Positions 24,528 through 39,000 of a stretch of 64,000 bases of DNA are shown here, piece by piece. Each line of letters begins with the position of its first letter. Position 1 is the first letter of the stretch. Both the position numbers and the translations under genes were made by a program. Source of the stretch: Macrostomum lignano (Eukaryota); contig NIVC01001183.1 of the NCBI GenBank assembly GCA_002269645.1, positions 186,001 to 250,000 on the forward strand, given 5' to 3'. The notes beneath the pieces are model-generated. The model did not search any database and had not been told where the DNA came from. It worked only from the letters and a program-made list of their open reading frames with translations.

Positions 24528-24808
24528 CAGGGTCGGCAAACATTTTTAACTCAAGGACCAGATTTAGAGTCTAGCGCAAGACCGCTGGCCAGAGAGAGGA
24601 GAGATGAGAGAAGGCAGATGAGAATGAAGAGTGGATTAGGAGGGGAGAGAGGAGAGAGGAGGGGAGATGAGAGAAGAGGGGGATGAGAGGAGAGTAGGCG
24701 AGAGGGGAGAGATGTGAGATGAGATATGACAGGAGAAAAATAAAAGAGAACTGAGAAGGATTGCCAATGTGAAAAGAGGCTTCGCTAGCCGGAGTTTGCC
24801 GACCCCTG
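24528..24808. mobile_element. hAT-type MITE
   Basis: CAGGGTCGGCAAAC ... GTTTGCCGACCCCTG, with flanks ATTTATGG and CTTTATGG (7/8 TSD). GA-rich interior. Confidence 0.8.
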
Positions 24809-25689
24809 CTTTATGGAAAACTGGAAAAATTGGAAGTTGTCTAAATGGAAAAATTTATACAATTCAGACAGTTACGCTTTTAATAGCTTTTTTGCCCCTA
24901 GAGTGGGATAAACAGCTGCATGTGACAGGGATGGATCGGGGGATAAACTGCATCAACATATCCATCTATCCATCATGGATATGTGGAGCTATAATTTGCT
25001 GTGTGAATACTTCAGTACTCTTTAGCCAGGCTCCTATTTTTTTAAAGGACCACTAATGGAAGTGCGTATGCGCAAGTCATTTCTCGAAAAAAACGTTTGT
25101 TTGAAGGTCCAAATCTTCTCATAAGATTTGCTAATGATTTAATCAGCATTAGTTTAAGCACTGTAATAAAAGTTGGCTTAACTTCTGAAAATTCCACGAA
25201 ACTAATCGCATGTACTCCCTCCCGTCCAGATACTTCTAGTAGTCTTGGCGTGGACACTAGCTACCTGACAACAATGTCAAGGATATTTTTACCTTTTACC
25301 TTTCCGCGAATCAGATGCTAAAGTACCTCGTAAATTCTAGTCTCTATACAACTATACCGGTACTTAGTTAAGGACAGACCATACATGAATAAAAATTAAT
25401 TATTAAAATGGATAGAATCTCAGTCTATGTACAAAAAAGACGAACTTTAGAAAATCTGATTAAACGGCTGTGAAACTTTGCTGGGCTGAATTTAAGGAAC
25501 TCAGCGATTTAATTAAGGAAAACCTGGGCCTGGGAAGGCAGATTGGAATGGCCTGAAAAGACTCCCTTTCAGATTGGAAAGCTTTCTAAAATCTGATGTC
25601 ATTGACAACAGGGCATGTGAGGTGAGGTGAGGTGGTGGCTTGAGTCATGGAGTTCTAGATAAAGTATCTAGATATGAAAATCGATTGTA

Positions 25690-26000
<311 letters not shown>

Positions 26001-26099
26001 ACAGTAAACCTGATGTCTAGTCAATCAAGTTTCCCCACCCAGATAGTTGAGTTTATGAGCTCCATGGCTGAGCTGCTGCCGCGTAGGGGGAGAATTGAA

Positions 26100-26340
26100 T
26101 TAAACCAATTAAATTCAGCCAGTGGGGGCGACTCCGCAACGCGCGCGGCCCCCCGCGGAGTGGCAGCCGGCAGACCGTATAGCTTAGTTGATGAAGGGGA
26201 ATTGAGCGCGCAGGAGCCCCCATGCCCCCCCTTGCTTCGCTACCTGGGCAACCACCGGGAGCGCGACAGGAAGAGGGGGGAAGCGGCGGCTGGGTCTACA
26301 AAAACAGCGGAACCTCAGAAGCGCCCAACTGTGTAGCAAA
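26100..26340 (+). promoter_or_regulatory. CpG-rich promoter-like island upstream of MYCBPAP exon 26448
   Basis: Local GC/CpG enrichment with no convincing protein, immediately before an acceptor (26402-26403) and the ATG. Confidence 0.3.
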
Positions 26341-26447
26341 TCAATTCACTCACTCTCTCGGTTGGCAAACTGTTATATTATTAACTAAAATATCTTCTCC
26401 TAGAAGCTTCTCTGTGTTTGCTTGCTTGATATTCATCCAATTGGGAA

Positions 26448-29400
26448 ATGTCCTCAACAAACGAGTCGGCTCTGTCAAGGAAGAAGTCGGTCTCCAGCAT
26501 GTCTTTCGCTAGGAAGAGCTCCGTCATGGTGCCAGGGCGACGGGCGTCAGTGCTGAGTACGAGTTTGTTGAGTGTGCCGCTGTGCATTATCGGGGAAGAT
26601 TAGAGATTGGGAGAGATAGGATTAGAGTTATTGAGGGTGGATGAGATTAGATTATAGTAGATGGGAGTAGACGAAAACAGGTGGGAGAAGATGGGAGTAG
26701 ATGGGAGTAGATTGGAGTAGATGGGAGTAGATTGGAGTAGATGGTGGTAGTGAGAGTAGATAAGAGTAGATGGGACTAGGTTAGAGTAGATGAGAGTATA
26801 TGGGAGTAGGTGAGAGTAGATGTGAGTAGGTGAGAGTAGGTAAGAGCAGATGTGAGTAGGTGAGAGTAGATTAGAGTAGATAGGAGTATGTGAGAGTAGA
26901 TGAGAGTAGTTTGGAGTAGATGAGAGCAGATGAGAGCAAATGTGAGTAGGTGAGAGTAGATGGGAGTAGTGTGAGTAGATAAAAATAGATGAGAGAAGGT
27001 GAGAGTAGATAAGAGTAGATGGGAGTAGGTGAGAGTAGATGAGAGTAGGTAAGAGCAGATGTGAGTAGGTGAGAGTAGATTAGAGTAGATAGGAGTATGT
27101 GAGAGTAGATGAGAGTAGTTTGGAGTAGATGAGAGCAGATGAGAGCAAATGTGAGTAGGTGAGAGTAGATGGGAGTAGTGTGAGTAGATAAAAATAGATG
27201 AGAGAAGGTGAGAGTAGATAGGAGTAGATGGGAGTAGGTGAGAGTAGATGAGAGTAGATTAAGAGGATAGTATTTAATAGGAATTTAGGAGTAAATTTAG
27301 GAATAATTAATGAATAGAATGCAAATGGTTGAGGATTAGAAAACATGATTACGGGATTTTGTGCAACTCCTCCCATATCTTAAGTCACTCAAAAAATCAG
27401 GAACACATTTAACTTAAGCAGGTGTGCCCACGAAGCGAGGCGAGATAGGGAGAGAGATTGCATGGAACTGATTAGTGAAGAGTGACCAGATTACAATGCG
27501 TCAATTAAGATGAAAGGATATAAAATCAGAATATACGATGTATTGTATTAGAAGTCTATTGCTCACCACAATTAAAAGCAATTACGTGTATTAGCACAAA
27601 AGTACAATTTTTTCAAACTTATCCAGTTTATCCTCATTACGGCCTATAATATTCTAAATATAGTTTATATGGTATAGTATAAATCCAATTGAATTAGTCA
27701 AATTTGAAAATTTGAATTTTCTGGTGTACCCAAGTCCAGAGTATATAACGATATCTAACGACATATCTAAAAGTGAGAGTTTATATTGCCATGCCCCGCA
27801 ACCATTTGTCTCTCCATTTTTTTCTTGCGTTGAATTTCTTTTTTTAGGCATTTTTCATCTCTCTTTGCATGCGTATACGGAGTTTAAATAATACGATTTG
27901 AGCTCAAAAGTCTGAGAGAGAGAGAGAGAGAGAGCGTTTGAACGTATAGTTTTGTCTGTCGGGCAGTTTCGCTCTAACTCTAACTCAAGGGGGAGGGGGT
28001 GGTTGCATGTACACCTGACCTGCTCCAGCAAATTCTGTACATTTAATTGTTCATTTATTCGCTCGCTCACTTCTATACCCCGCCTTTCCACTCGGCCGTT
28101 GCCATTGGAGCTTGCGTGGTTATTTTCGTTATATTTTGGCGCGAGTTTAAATTTTGCATTTTTTCTCGGTTGACTAAACCAGATTGAAAATCAAATTTAG
28201 TTTTTAGTTTTAAATGCAGATTTTAAAAATCAAACAATCATGTCAAAGCAAGGTAGCACAAGCAGACGTGTGTCTGTTGCTCCAAGTGAGTTTTTGGAAA
28301 AAAATAATCTATTTTGCAGAATTTCTTTTTATGTCGTTAAGTCATATTTCTCTCATGTCCTCTTTCGTGTCTATATGCATGCATACCCAGGCACAAAATT
28401 GCAATGGTCTATTACTACCATATTTGCAGAGAAACTGGTTACTAAGGAAGCAGAAATCCCGGATGGTACACACACACGCGCCCAAACTTTTTAATATAGA
28501 TTTTTGTGCTGCTTGTGTTTACACAGTTCCTTCTTTTTTGTTAGACTTTTTATTACCTCTGACTGTTCTGACAAAGTTTTATTGCCTCCTGTGCAATCAG
28601 AATCAATCATAAATCTTCACTGGATTTCACTGAATAGCCTATATTTTTTGTGCTACTATAAACATGCACTTTTCTAGAATTCAGTGTGTAAGTTATTGGG
28701 ATAGCTCGCGCCGTACTGTGAGAGCCTTCTTTGCATGTGTAAGTGTGAGAGTGTGTCTGTGATGTCTTTCTGAAAATATCTATATTTTAAGCTGATGTCG
28801 TTACACCCACAGACAGTCAGTGGGCTGATGCTATCACACCCGTAGACAGTCAGTGGGCTGATGCTGTCACACCCATAGACAGTAAGTGGGCTGATGCTGT
28901 CACACCCATATAGACAATCAGTGGGCTGATGCTGTCACACCCATAGACAATCAGTGGGCTGATGCTGTCACATCCATATAGACAATCAGTGGGCTGATGC
29001 TGTCACACCCATAGACAGTCAGTGGGCTGATGCTGTCACACCCATAGACAGTAAGTGGGCTGATGCTGTCACACCCATATAGACAATCAGTGGGCTGATG
29101 CTGTCACACCCATATAGACAATCAGTGGGCTGATGCTGTCACACCCATAGACAATCAGTGGGCTGATGCTGTCACATCCATATAGACAATCAGTGGGCTG
29201 ATGCTGTCACACCCATAGACAATCAGTGGGCTGATGCTGTCACACCCATATAGACAGTCAGTGGGGCTAAACTTCAGTTATAAATCCTTCAGAAACAGTT
29301 TCCCGAATTTTCTTGCACTTTTCAGGAATTCTTGAAGAGTCAGAAGACGAAACAGGCGATGGTGAACGATTCAATAGGAATCCATTTAATTGCAATCACA

Positions 29401-32400
29401 TTTTTAAATTAAAGACAGAACTTTTTTTATTTTAGATGTAGAATTCTAGGAATTTCAAAAAATCAATTACGTCATCACTTCACTGCATGCGGTGGGTATT
29501 TGAGGCCCTAATTGTGTCCTTGGAGCTTTTCCTAAATCATCTGAATCGATCACAAGCAAATGAACTACCTTTTTCTTGCTTCACTACTTTTAGTAGTTAA
29601 AAAATACTGAATACTAAAAAAACCGTAAAAACCCTGCCACCACACCCGCCGCCTCGGCGCAGACAAGAAGCAGAAGCAGAAACGGGACGGAAATTCGCCG
29701 GACAAAGAGGAGGACGCCAACTCGACGGCCGAGACGCAGCGAAGGAATGTCATCTTCAATGAGGAGATCGCCAGGTTGCAGGTCAAGGAAGAGGACCTGA
29801 CCAATGTGAGTACTGGACTGTTTGGTCAACGTATTTGGTCTTCTATTGGCCCAACCCATTAGAGATGCCTATGAAGACGAGAAAGTCAGGGCCGCTGTAC
29901 ACCCTGCGTGATCCGGTGTCAGTGGAATTGACCATGACTGCCGGTCTCTTCGCTAGCTGCTGCGGTCCGACTGTCGCCTTGACATTCTTCATTTTCCCCA
30001 AAGCAATCGCCGACCCATCTTCCCCCCCAGCTGTCCAAGCGAGACGCAGCCGCTGCCGCCGCCGCGGCCGCCGAAGCCTACCAGAAGGTGGCGGTGCGCC
30101 GCGAGATCCCCGAGGCGGAGCGCCGGCCGCTGTTGAAACGAATTGGCCTCCTGCGACGGGCGCCACCGGACGCGCCGCTGAAGGCTTCGGACGCCGCCGC
30201 CCACATGGGCCCGCGATTCGACGATCACGGCCGGCTGATTCCGCACAGCATCCTGGGCAGCCCCGAGGAGTTCTATCGTCTGGCCGTGCTCAAAGGCCAG
30301 CTCAGCCAGGAAGACGTGCCGGAGGCGTTCAAAACGCCCCGACCAGTTGGCACAAGCGGCGGGGCCGGCGGCGACACGGGAAGGCTGTCGGTGAAGTACG
30401 CCAAGAAGCCGCCAACCGGGGGCTTCCCGTTCCCAGCTGAAGATCTGGGAGCCGAGGAGAGCGCCGCCCTGCGCAATTGGGAGCGCCAGATGACCGAGAG
30501 GAAACGCCAGCAGGGATACATTTCCAGTTCGTTTAAACTTTTTAAAAAACGATGGTGATGCACATTGCACTATTTATCATGTAATGGAATGTTTTCAATA
30601 TCACTTTCATTTTCACAATCCTCCAGAGCTGCTGCACAGACCGCCAAGTGAGCTGGTGATGAACATGGGCGAAGAGGAGAGAACTCTGCACGAAGAGAAA
30701 CATCTAATTGATCGGGCTATTCCGTTCTACGACTACGGGAAGGGATGTAAGTTTCATTTTTGACTGTAACAAGGTTCAAGACATTGTTAGTTTTAGTTCA
30801 TTTTACTGTATGATCATGCAAACAGCGCGTGCAACAACCCCATCCCACCCTCCGCCAGCCACATAGTCACGCAAACAATGCGTGCAACAACCCCAACCCA
30901 CCCTCCGCCCCGCCACCCAATCACGCAAACAATGCGTGCAACAACCCCAACCCACCCTCCGCCCCGCCACCCAATCACGCAAACAATGCATGCAACAACC
31001 CCAACCCACCCTCCGCCCCGCCACCCAATCACGCAAACAATGCGTGCAACAACCTCACCCCTGCACTCTCCACCATGAACTCCAGACCGAGTCGGCAGTG
31101 AATTCTGGAACCAGGCCGGACGTATCGGAGACGAAGAGAGCGGAATCCAGTAAGACTTCTTGTTATAAATGTACTTCTTTCTCTAATGAGCAATTTAGCC
31201 CAGCTAACTAATTACATGTGGCTACTAACGTAAACTTGCATAACAAGCACCTTTATTAACATTAAAAAACAACAATATAAAGAAAATCTCGGCTGACTTT
31301 GAAGATGCCCGAGTGCACTTCTTCGGGACTGCTGTGAGAGCTGCTGAAATACCGGGTATTTTCACGACTAGTTTTACGAACATACCAGAGCGTGTCTCTG
31401 CATGAAAAATAATGTATATTAATAATCGGGTAACACCTTATCCTAAACGCTAATTATCTATTAAGCAATTGTCACACAAAGTACCAGCATGTTTAGTTAG
31501 ATGCTAGCTAGTTTAAATAATTTTATTTATCAATGCATGGTGTAAATTTTACGTTATTTTTTTTACAATCAATAGAGCTGTCAGGGCTGCTGGCAACATC
31601 TTGTCCACAAGATCACATTGTCAATTCTAAGCTAGACAACAACTGTATAGGAGTTTTTCCATAGACAACATGCCCTCGGCGTGCAGTAATGCCCCACTGT
31701 CTATGGCAAAAGCATGGACACAATCTGACATTAGTTCACGCTGAATGCTTGTTGTCTATGGTAAAAGCTTCGTTGTTTCCTTTCAATTGGCGCAAGTTTT
31801 AAAGCGTATAAACCTCACCACCTCACCACCGCCCAGTGCCACGCTGACTCAGACGCAGAAAGGCTATCCGCCGCCCACTGAGCACGTCGGGCATTCGCGC
31901 CTGGCGCGGACGGAGCGCGGCCTGGACTGGGTGCCCGCCTCCACTGCCCGGGGCCGCGGCAGCAGCGCTGGCCGTCGTTATCCCTGGAAAGGGCCATTTT
32001 ATCAGCGTCGAACAACAGAACTGCGCCAAGTAATGGACGAGCTGGATCCGCACCTGCCGGACTTTGACCAGCTGGAGGTGGTCGGCCGATCGGCGGCCGG
32101 AGCCGCTGGACACGCTACCGTCCGGTCGAGGCCGACAACAGCTGTGACGCCGTCGGTGACCACCAAGCGGAGTCGGGCATCAACGTCGCTGTCCTCGGCA
32201 GCTGGTGGCAATCGGCGCGGACCGGACGACAATGACAGGTGACAAGGACTACCTGAATATATACAGTCTAAATGTTATTCTTAGATGACCTTGTCCACTA
32301 TTACACTGAAACAGTGCAAATAGACCACGTCTTCATGCACGCTATTAAATGCTTTGCGTACGTATTGCAGATTTATTCGGGAAGATAGTGAGTAAGAAGA

Positions 32401-32834
32401 TTAACTGCCATCTTCATTACCTCAATATTTGTTGTTCGTTTTCGATTTATTAAGTTGGATAGTTGGGCAAAATTCTCTCATTATGCCAACTACTATTCAC
32501 TCATTAATGATAGTCTGATAGTCATATTGGAGCCAGTTTATCCATGTACTGTGCTAACACCTATGTGGTTGTGTGCGCTTATTTTAAATATGTGAAGTAT
32601 CCGATTCCGTGAAGTAATTGCTGCTTAGGCTTTGTGTTAGTTTCGCCAACCCATTTATCTCTTCATTTCATCCTCCCTCTTCCTTTTCTCTCTCTTCTCT
32701 TCCCTGTCTCTCTTCTCTCTCTCCCTTCTCTCTCCCTTCTCTCTCCTCTCTCTTCCCAGTCTCTCTCTCTCTTTCCCTTCTATTTCCCTTTTCTCTCTCT
32801 TTTCTCTCTCTCCATTCTCTCTCCCTTCTCTCTC

Positions 32835-32920
<86 letters not shown>

Positions 32921-32968
32921 TCTTTCCCTTCTCTCTCCCTTCTTTCCCTTCTCTCTCCCTTCTCTCTC

Positions 32969-33028
<60 letters not shown>

Positions 33029-36000
33029 TCTTTCCCTTCTCTCTCCCTTCTTTCCCTTCTCTCTCCCTTCTCTCTCTCCCTTCTCTCCATTCTCTCTCCC
33101 TTCTCTCTCTCCCTTCTCTCTCTCTCCCTTCTCTCCCTTCTCTCCATTCTCTCTCCCTTCTCTCCCTTCTCTCTCCCTTCTCTCTCCCTCCCTTCTCTCC
33201 CTTCTCTATCCCTTCTCTCTCTCTCCCTTCTCTCTCTCTCTCCCTTCTCTCCCTTCTCTCTCTCTCCCTTCTCTCTCCCTTCTCTCTCCCATCTCTCTCT
33301 TATCTCTCTCTTTTCTCTCTTCCGTTCTCTCACTTTACCATTCATCAGTTTAACTCATTTTTCAACCAAATCCCCGTCACTGCTCAGTTTCAAAATAGTT
33401 AACCAGACTCTGCTATCTTTATATCTCCAAAAAGGCGTCAATTAAAATCCCAGCAACAAAAAGCAACTGTTCCTAACCTATATTTTAATTTCGAGCAGGC
33501 AAGCCGCTGCTGACGGTTCGCTGGTGGCCGGACCGTCGCTCCTGTTCGGTGGGCAGCCAGCCCGGTGGCTCGGAGACCCAACCTCCTATCAGGACACCGT
33601 CGGCATCGAGGCCCGAGTCATCCTTGAGACGCCAGCTGGGCGGCCAACCTCGCAATGTCTTAACATTGAAAATGACGGGTCCACTGTTCTCTTTTATCGG
33701 TGGAAGGTGGGCGCCTCTTATGAATTTATGCTTTTAATTGCGTGTTTTTTAGGTGTGACTCATTCTAGACAGGATTGCGACCGACAATAGACAGGTGGGA
33801 CCGATTGGGACCGTGAATTTCGGTTAAGGCGATTTTAGAGGATTGTGACCGATTGTAGACAGAATTGTGACCGATTCTAGACAGGATTGTGACCGATTCT
33901 AGACAGGATTGTGACCGATTCTAGACAGGATTGTGACCGATTCTAGACAGGATTGTGACCGATTCTAGACAGGATTGTTACCGATTCTATACAGGATTGT
34001 TACCGATTCTATACAGGATTGTGACCGATTCTTGACATGTGTTCACATTAATTTTGCATTAAAACGAATTAAAAGAATTGTGACCTGTTATAGACAGAAT
34101 TGGGACTGATTCTAGACAGATGTGACCGACTATAGACAGACATGACAAATTATGACCTGTTTTTTTTGCTCGAAAATTTATTTGCAAATATGCGCATGCT
34201 ATTCTACTGCTTCGAAGTCATTAGTAAATATACTGGACGCGGATCGCAAACTATAAGGCAGGCAAATTATAACTTATTATCTCTCTCCCTAAAATTGCAG
34301 AAGCTACCAAAAGCGAATCCTTTTGGCCTAGTCCAGGACAATCCCCGGCGTTTCTATTTTGACACGGGCAGTGGCGCCCTGCTACCGGGCGAGTCGCTGC
34401 ATTTTCCTTTCATATTCAAGTCGGACAAGCCGGGACTGTTCGCCGAGCAGTGGCAGCTGGAGACAACGCCGGTGGTTTGCGGCGGAGCGCGGCTGGTGGT
34501 CACCCTGCGGGGCATCGCGGTGCAGGAGGACGCCACGGCCGTCCAGCGGACCGAGCTGGAGGCGCGGCTAAGGCGCCAGACGGCGGCTAAGATTGTTGGA
34601 GCTCTGCTGGACGAGATTCTCGACGGAATTCAGGTGGGAAGGGGGGGATCAACTGACCTGCCATGACCCCCTCCACAAAGATTTATTGCTGTCCACTGAA
34701 TTGAGAGGAGATGATTAAAATAGCACAATATTTACGGTTGGGTCGCCCCGAAATATCACAGACCCGAAATATTATAGACCCGATATATCATAGACCCGAA
34801 TATCATAGACCCGAAATATCATAGACTCAAAATATCATAGACCCGAAATATCACAGACCCGAAATATCATAGACCCGATATATCATAGACCCGAAATATC
34901 ATAGACTCAAAATATCATGGACCCGAAATATCATAGACCCGAATTATCATAGACCCGAAATATCATAGACTCAAAATATCATAGACCCGAAATATCATAG
35001 ACCCAAAATATCATAGACCCGAAATATCACAGACCCGAAATATCATAGACCCGATATATCATAGACCCGAAATATCATAGACCCAAAATATCATAGACCC
35101 GAAATATCATAGACTCAAAATATCATGGACCCGAAATATCATAGACCCGAATTATCATAGACCCGAAATATCATAGACCCGAAATATCATAGACCCGAAA
35201 TATCATAAACCTGAAATACCATAACTCCGAAAACCAAAATAGCGTTTGACTTGGTCGTTGCTAGCACTTTCGGAGTTGTGATTTTTCGGGTTTGTGATGC
35301 CCCCCGTGATATTAGCCAGTTTCATTAGCTCGTAGAAAATTTTGACTAGATACAGATATCAAAACAGTGCAAAATTAGTATATAGACGAGTGGAACTCCT
35401 CCTTTGGAGGAGAAAGAGGATGGAACTCCCATCGCCAGAATTCAATTCACTGATATCCATCAGCTGAATCCCATGACCCAAATCTCGTCATCCAAATCCT
35501 CTCCAAATCCATCAAAATCCTCTCCATTAAACATAAATCCATCAAATCCTCTCATTTGAACAGGTATCCATCGAAATAATCTCCATGAAACAGAAATCTA
35601 TCGAAAATCTATCGAAAGCTACAATACATCAATTTAATCTATATTTTAGTATATCGAAGACCATTAGAGTGGAAAGACGCAAAAAGAGATAAGGAATGGG
35701 CCGGCAATAAAAGGGTGGCTGGCATTGGTGAGTCAAGAAGAGGTTTGGGGCGATCGATAAAGCGATGTACAGTACAGAGAGAAAATACATTACAGTGCAG
35801 GGGCAGGTAAATTGTACTTTGATAATTGAATTTGCAGCGTCTGATCAGCCTGAACAAGTTCCAATTAATACAGGATCCTCCTTTATCTGGTCTTAAGTCT
35901 TTATCCCACTGTCTGCCGACGTAAGAGCCAATGACAACGCTTATTAACATGCCAGTTTCATAATCTCTTTCCCCCCGTAGACTCGGATTGGGTCGGGCCC

Positions 36001-39000
36001 ACTCTTTCTGTCTCAAATTGAAAACTCGAATACCTAGTTAAGTCTTTAATTGGCTACTTCAATCTGTTTAAAAGAATCTCCCGACTCTCCAGGCACCCGA
36101 GCGGCCGACAACGCCCATAGACGCTTACATCACGGAGCAGGAGGTGTTCTTGCGCAGGAATCCCAAACTCAGTTGCACTCTGGACACATTGAATCAGCTG
36201 CGCCGACTGCACAAGGACACGGAGGCAGCGGCCGCCGCGTCTGCTAGCGGAACAGCTGCCGAGCCATCGACAGAGTGGGATCTGAGCGTGTCGACTCTTC
36301 GCGAGAAAATCCTTAGCCTAGAGGAGGACCGTCAGGCTCGCAGAGAGGACCTGTCTGGCCGCCTGTTCGCCGCCGTCAATCGGGTGTCCTTCAGTGTTGA
36401 TCTGCCGCGCTCGGAGCTGCGGGCGAGTCAGAACCTGATGTGGTGAGCAACAGGGGTGTGTGATGGGGATCTGGGATGTGTGATGGTTCTCTGGGATGTG
36501 TGATGGGGATCTGGGATGTGTGATGGTTCTCTGGGATGTGTGATGAGGATCTGGGATGTGTGATGGGGATCTGGGATGTGTGATGGGGATCTGCATGGGA
36601 TGCGGGATGGGGATCTGGGATGCGTGATGGGGATCTGGGATGTTTGATGGGGATCTGGGATGTGTGATGGGGATCTGGGATGTGTGATGGGGATCTGGGA
36701 TGTTTGATGGGGATCTGGGATGTGTGATGGGGATCTGGGATGCGTGATGGGGATCTGGGATGTTTGATGGGGATCTGGGATGTGTGATGGGATCTGGGAT
36801 GTTTGATGGGATCTGGGATGTGTGAAGAGCAGCTGGGATGTGTGATGAGGATGTTACGTGTGATGAAAAGCTGGGATGTTTTATGAGCATATTTTTGTGT
36901 GCTGTTTATTATAAGGATGAAAACGCGGATATAAACGAGTAAATGGTGTGTTATCTATTCAAAATTTTCTGTTTCAAATTCAAATTCCCCATAGCTACGG
37001 CATTGTCATGGAGACGATGGACAAAATCTACAACGATTGGTACCACCAGAGGGTCATTCGCAAACTGCCGGAAATGGAGATGGACTTCCCGGATCCAAGT
37101 AAGACTACAAACGTGTTGCATTTTCCCTAAAAAATCGATTCTTTTTGTTTTAATCGTAGCATTTTAAATTTTAGTTTCTTTCGATTTAAAATTGCGCTAA
37201 ATTAACTTAGTTTTTTCTTTCTGTAGTTTTTTTCATAATTTTCCTTTCATGATAGATATTAAGCTTCGACGGAAAATTCAGTTTACAAAGACTTTTGAAA
37301 AAAAGTAAATCATTATAACAAAACAAACTGCCGCGCACTATTCGAGACCCTGCAGCTGTTGAGCCGCTGCTCAGCGATCGAAGCAGTTCGTTTGACAGCC
37401 AATCAGATCGAATCCTTCAAGACGAACTGCCGCCGTCAGAGGACCAAACTGTTGGCCAACAAGTTGTTGCTAACGGCGGCGACGGCATTGAGAGAGACAG
37501 TTTGTCCGACGCATCTGACCCGTTTGGTACCCGCCCCCGCCCTACCTCACTCCCTGCTATAACCTCAAGTATCTTACGTGTCTATCCTTATAATAAGTCA
37601 GCCCGTCACATTAATCGCGTGTATAAAAGTTCCCCAGTCAAACTGCATGTCTGAGTGGAGATTAGATCCTCACTAGGGTAGCATAATTAGGCGTTATGGT
37701 AGCTTAAATTGGCGCCACATTTTCTTATTAATTAGGCGGCATTGCAGCTTAATTAGGCGCCACATTAGCTTATTAATTAGGCGTCATGGTAGATTACTTA
37801 GGCGTAATGGTAGATTGATTAGGCGTCATTGTAGATTAATTAGGCGTCATTGTAGATTAATTAGGCGTCATTGTAGATTAATTAGGCGTCATTGTAGATT
37901 AATTAGGCGTCATTGCAGATTAATTAGGCGTCATTGTAGATTAATTAGGCGTCATTGTAGTTTAATTAGGCATCATTGTAGATTAATTAGGCGTCATTGC
38001 AGATTAATTAGGCGTCATTGTAGATTAATTAGGCGTCATTGTAGATTGATTAGGCGTCATTGTAGATTAATTAGGCGTCATTGTAGATTAATTAGGCGTC
38101 ATTGTAGATTCATTAGGCGTCATTGTAGTTTAATTAGGCGTCATTGTAGATTAATTAGGCGTCATTGTAGATTTATTAGGCGTCATTGTAGATTTATTAG
38201 GCGTCATTGTAGATTTATTAGGCGTCATTGTAGATTTATTAGGCGTCAAAGTGCCCCGCTCCACACTGTAACTATTGTAATATATAATGACTATCTCAGC
38301 AGCATCACACACGCGTGAACGAATAGCAAAGCTCAAAGTCACTGCCCGGATCTCTTGTGATAACATGTACTCCTATCTATCACTTTCTCAACAACTATAA
38401 TGCACAATATTCTTTATGTGTGATTATCTATTGTTTTTTTTTTCAAAACGGAAGTATGAGGATCTGCATTTTTTATTACCAATTGAGCAATAATTCTTGG
38501 TTAGTATACAGAAATATCGTAATCAAAATCAAAATTCAATGTTGAGGACAAAAATATGCACTTTAGTTTCTAACTCAACCCATTTGACACAGTTAACTGA
38601 AACTTTCTAACGTAAAAAATGACAAATTAATAACGCGCACAACCAGTTTTCAAAGTAGCCAATGCACTATTTTGTAAATTTTTAATAAATTATTTTTATC
38701 GCAGGTTCGTCAGCCCGAGAGGGTAAAGGTATTAAAAAATGAGACAAACATATTTTTGCCGTGTCTGTTATAACACTCGTTAATTAAACAATTTTGTAAC
38801 TCAAGATGCATGGGGATTTGGATATTTCACGAAAGAAACTTATTCAAAGTTTGTTTTACTAGCTATTAACAAATAAAATACTTGCAGTAGCATGGTAGGA
38901 TCATGGTCGTGATTATAACGGATTAAAAAAACAAGTTTTTTAGGTAGAAAAAGGTACAAGTGCATGCCATATCTACCATAACTTGGTATAAGCAATGATG

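Noticed and set aside
25040-25325. Additional MYCBPAP 5' exon
   Set aside because: It contains coding-like patches but no consistent splice sites or phase.
26381-26587. Minus-strand 68-aa ORF
   Set aside because: It is the antisense shadow of MYCBPAP exon 26448-26556.
29860-30000. GC-balanced segment in a MYCBPAP intron as an extra exon
   Set aside because: No convincing donor/acceptor pair preserves the phase-0 junction.
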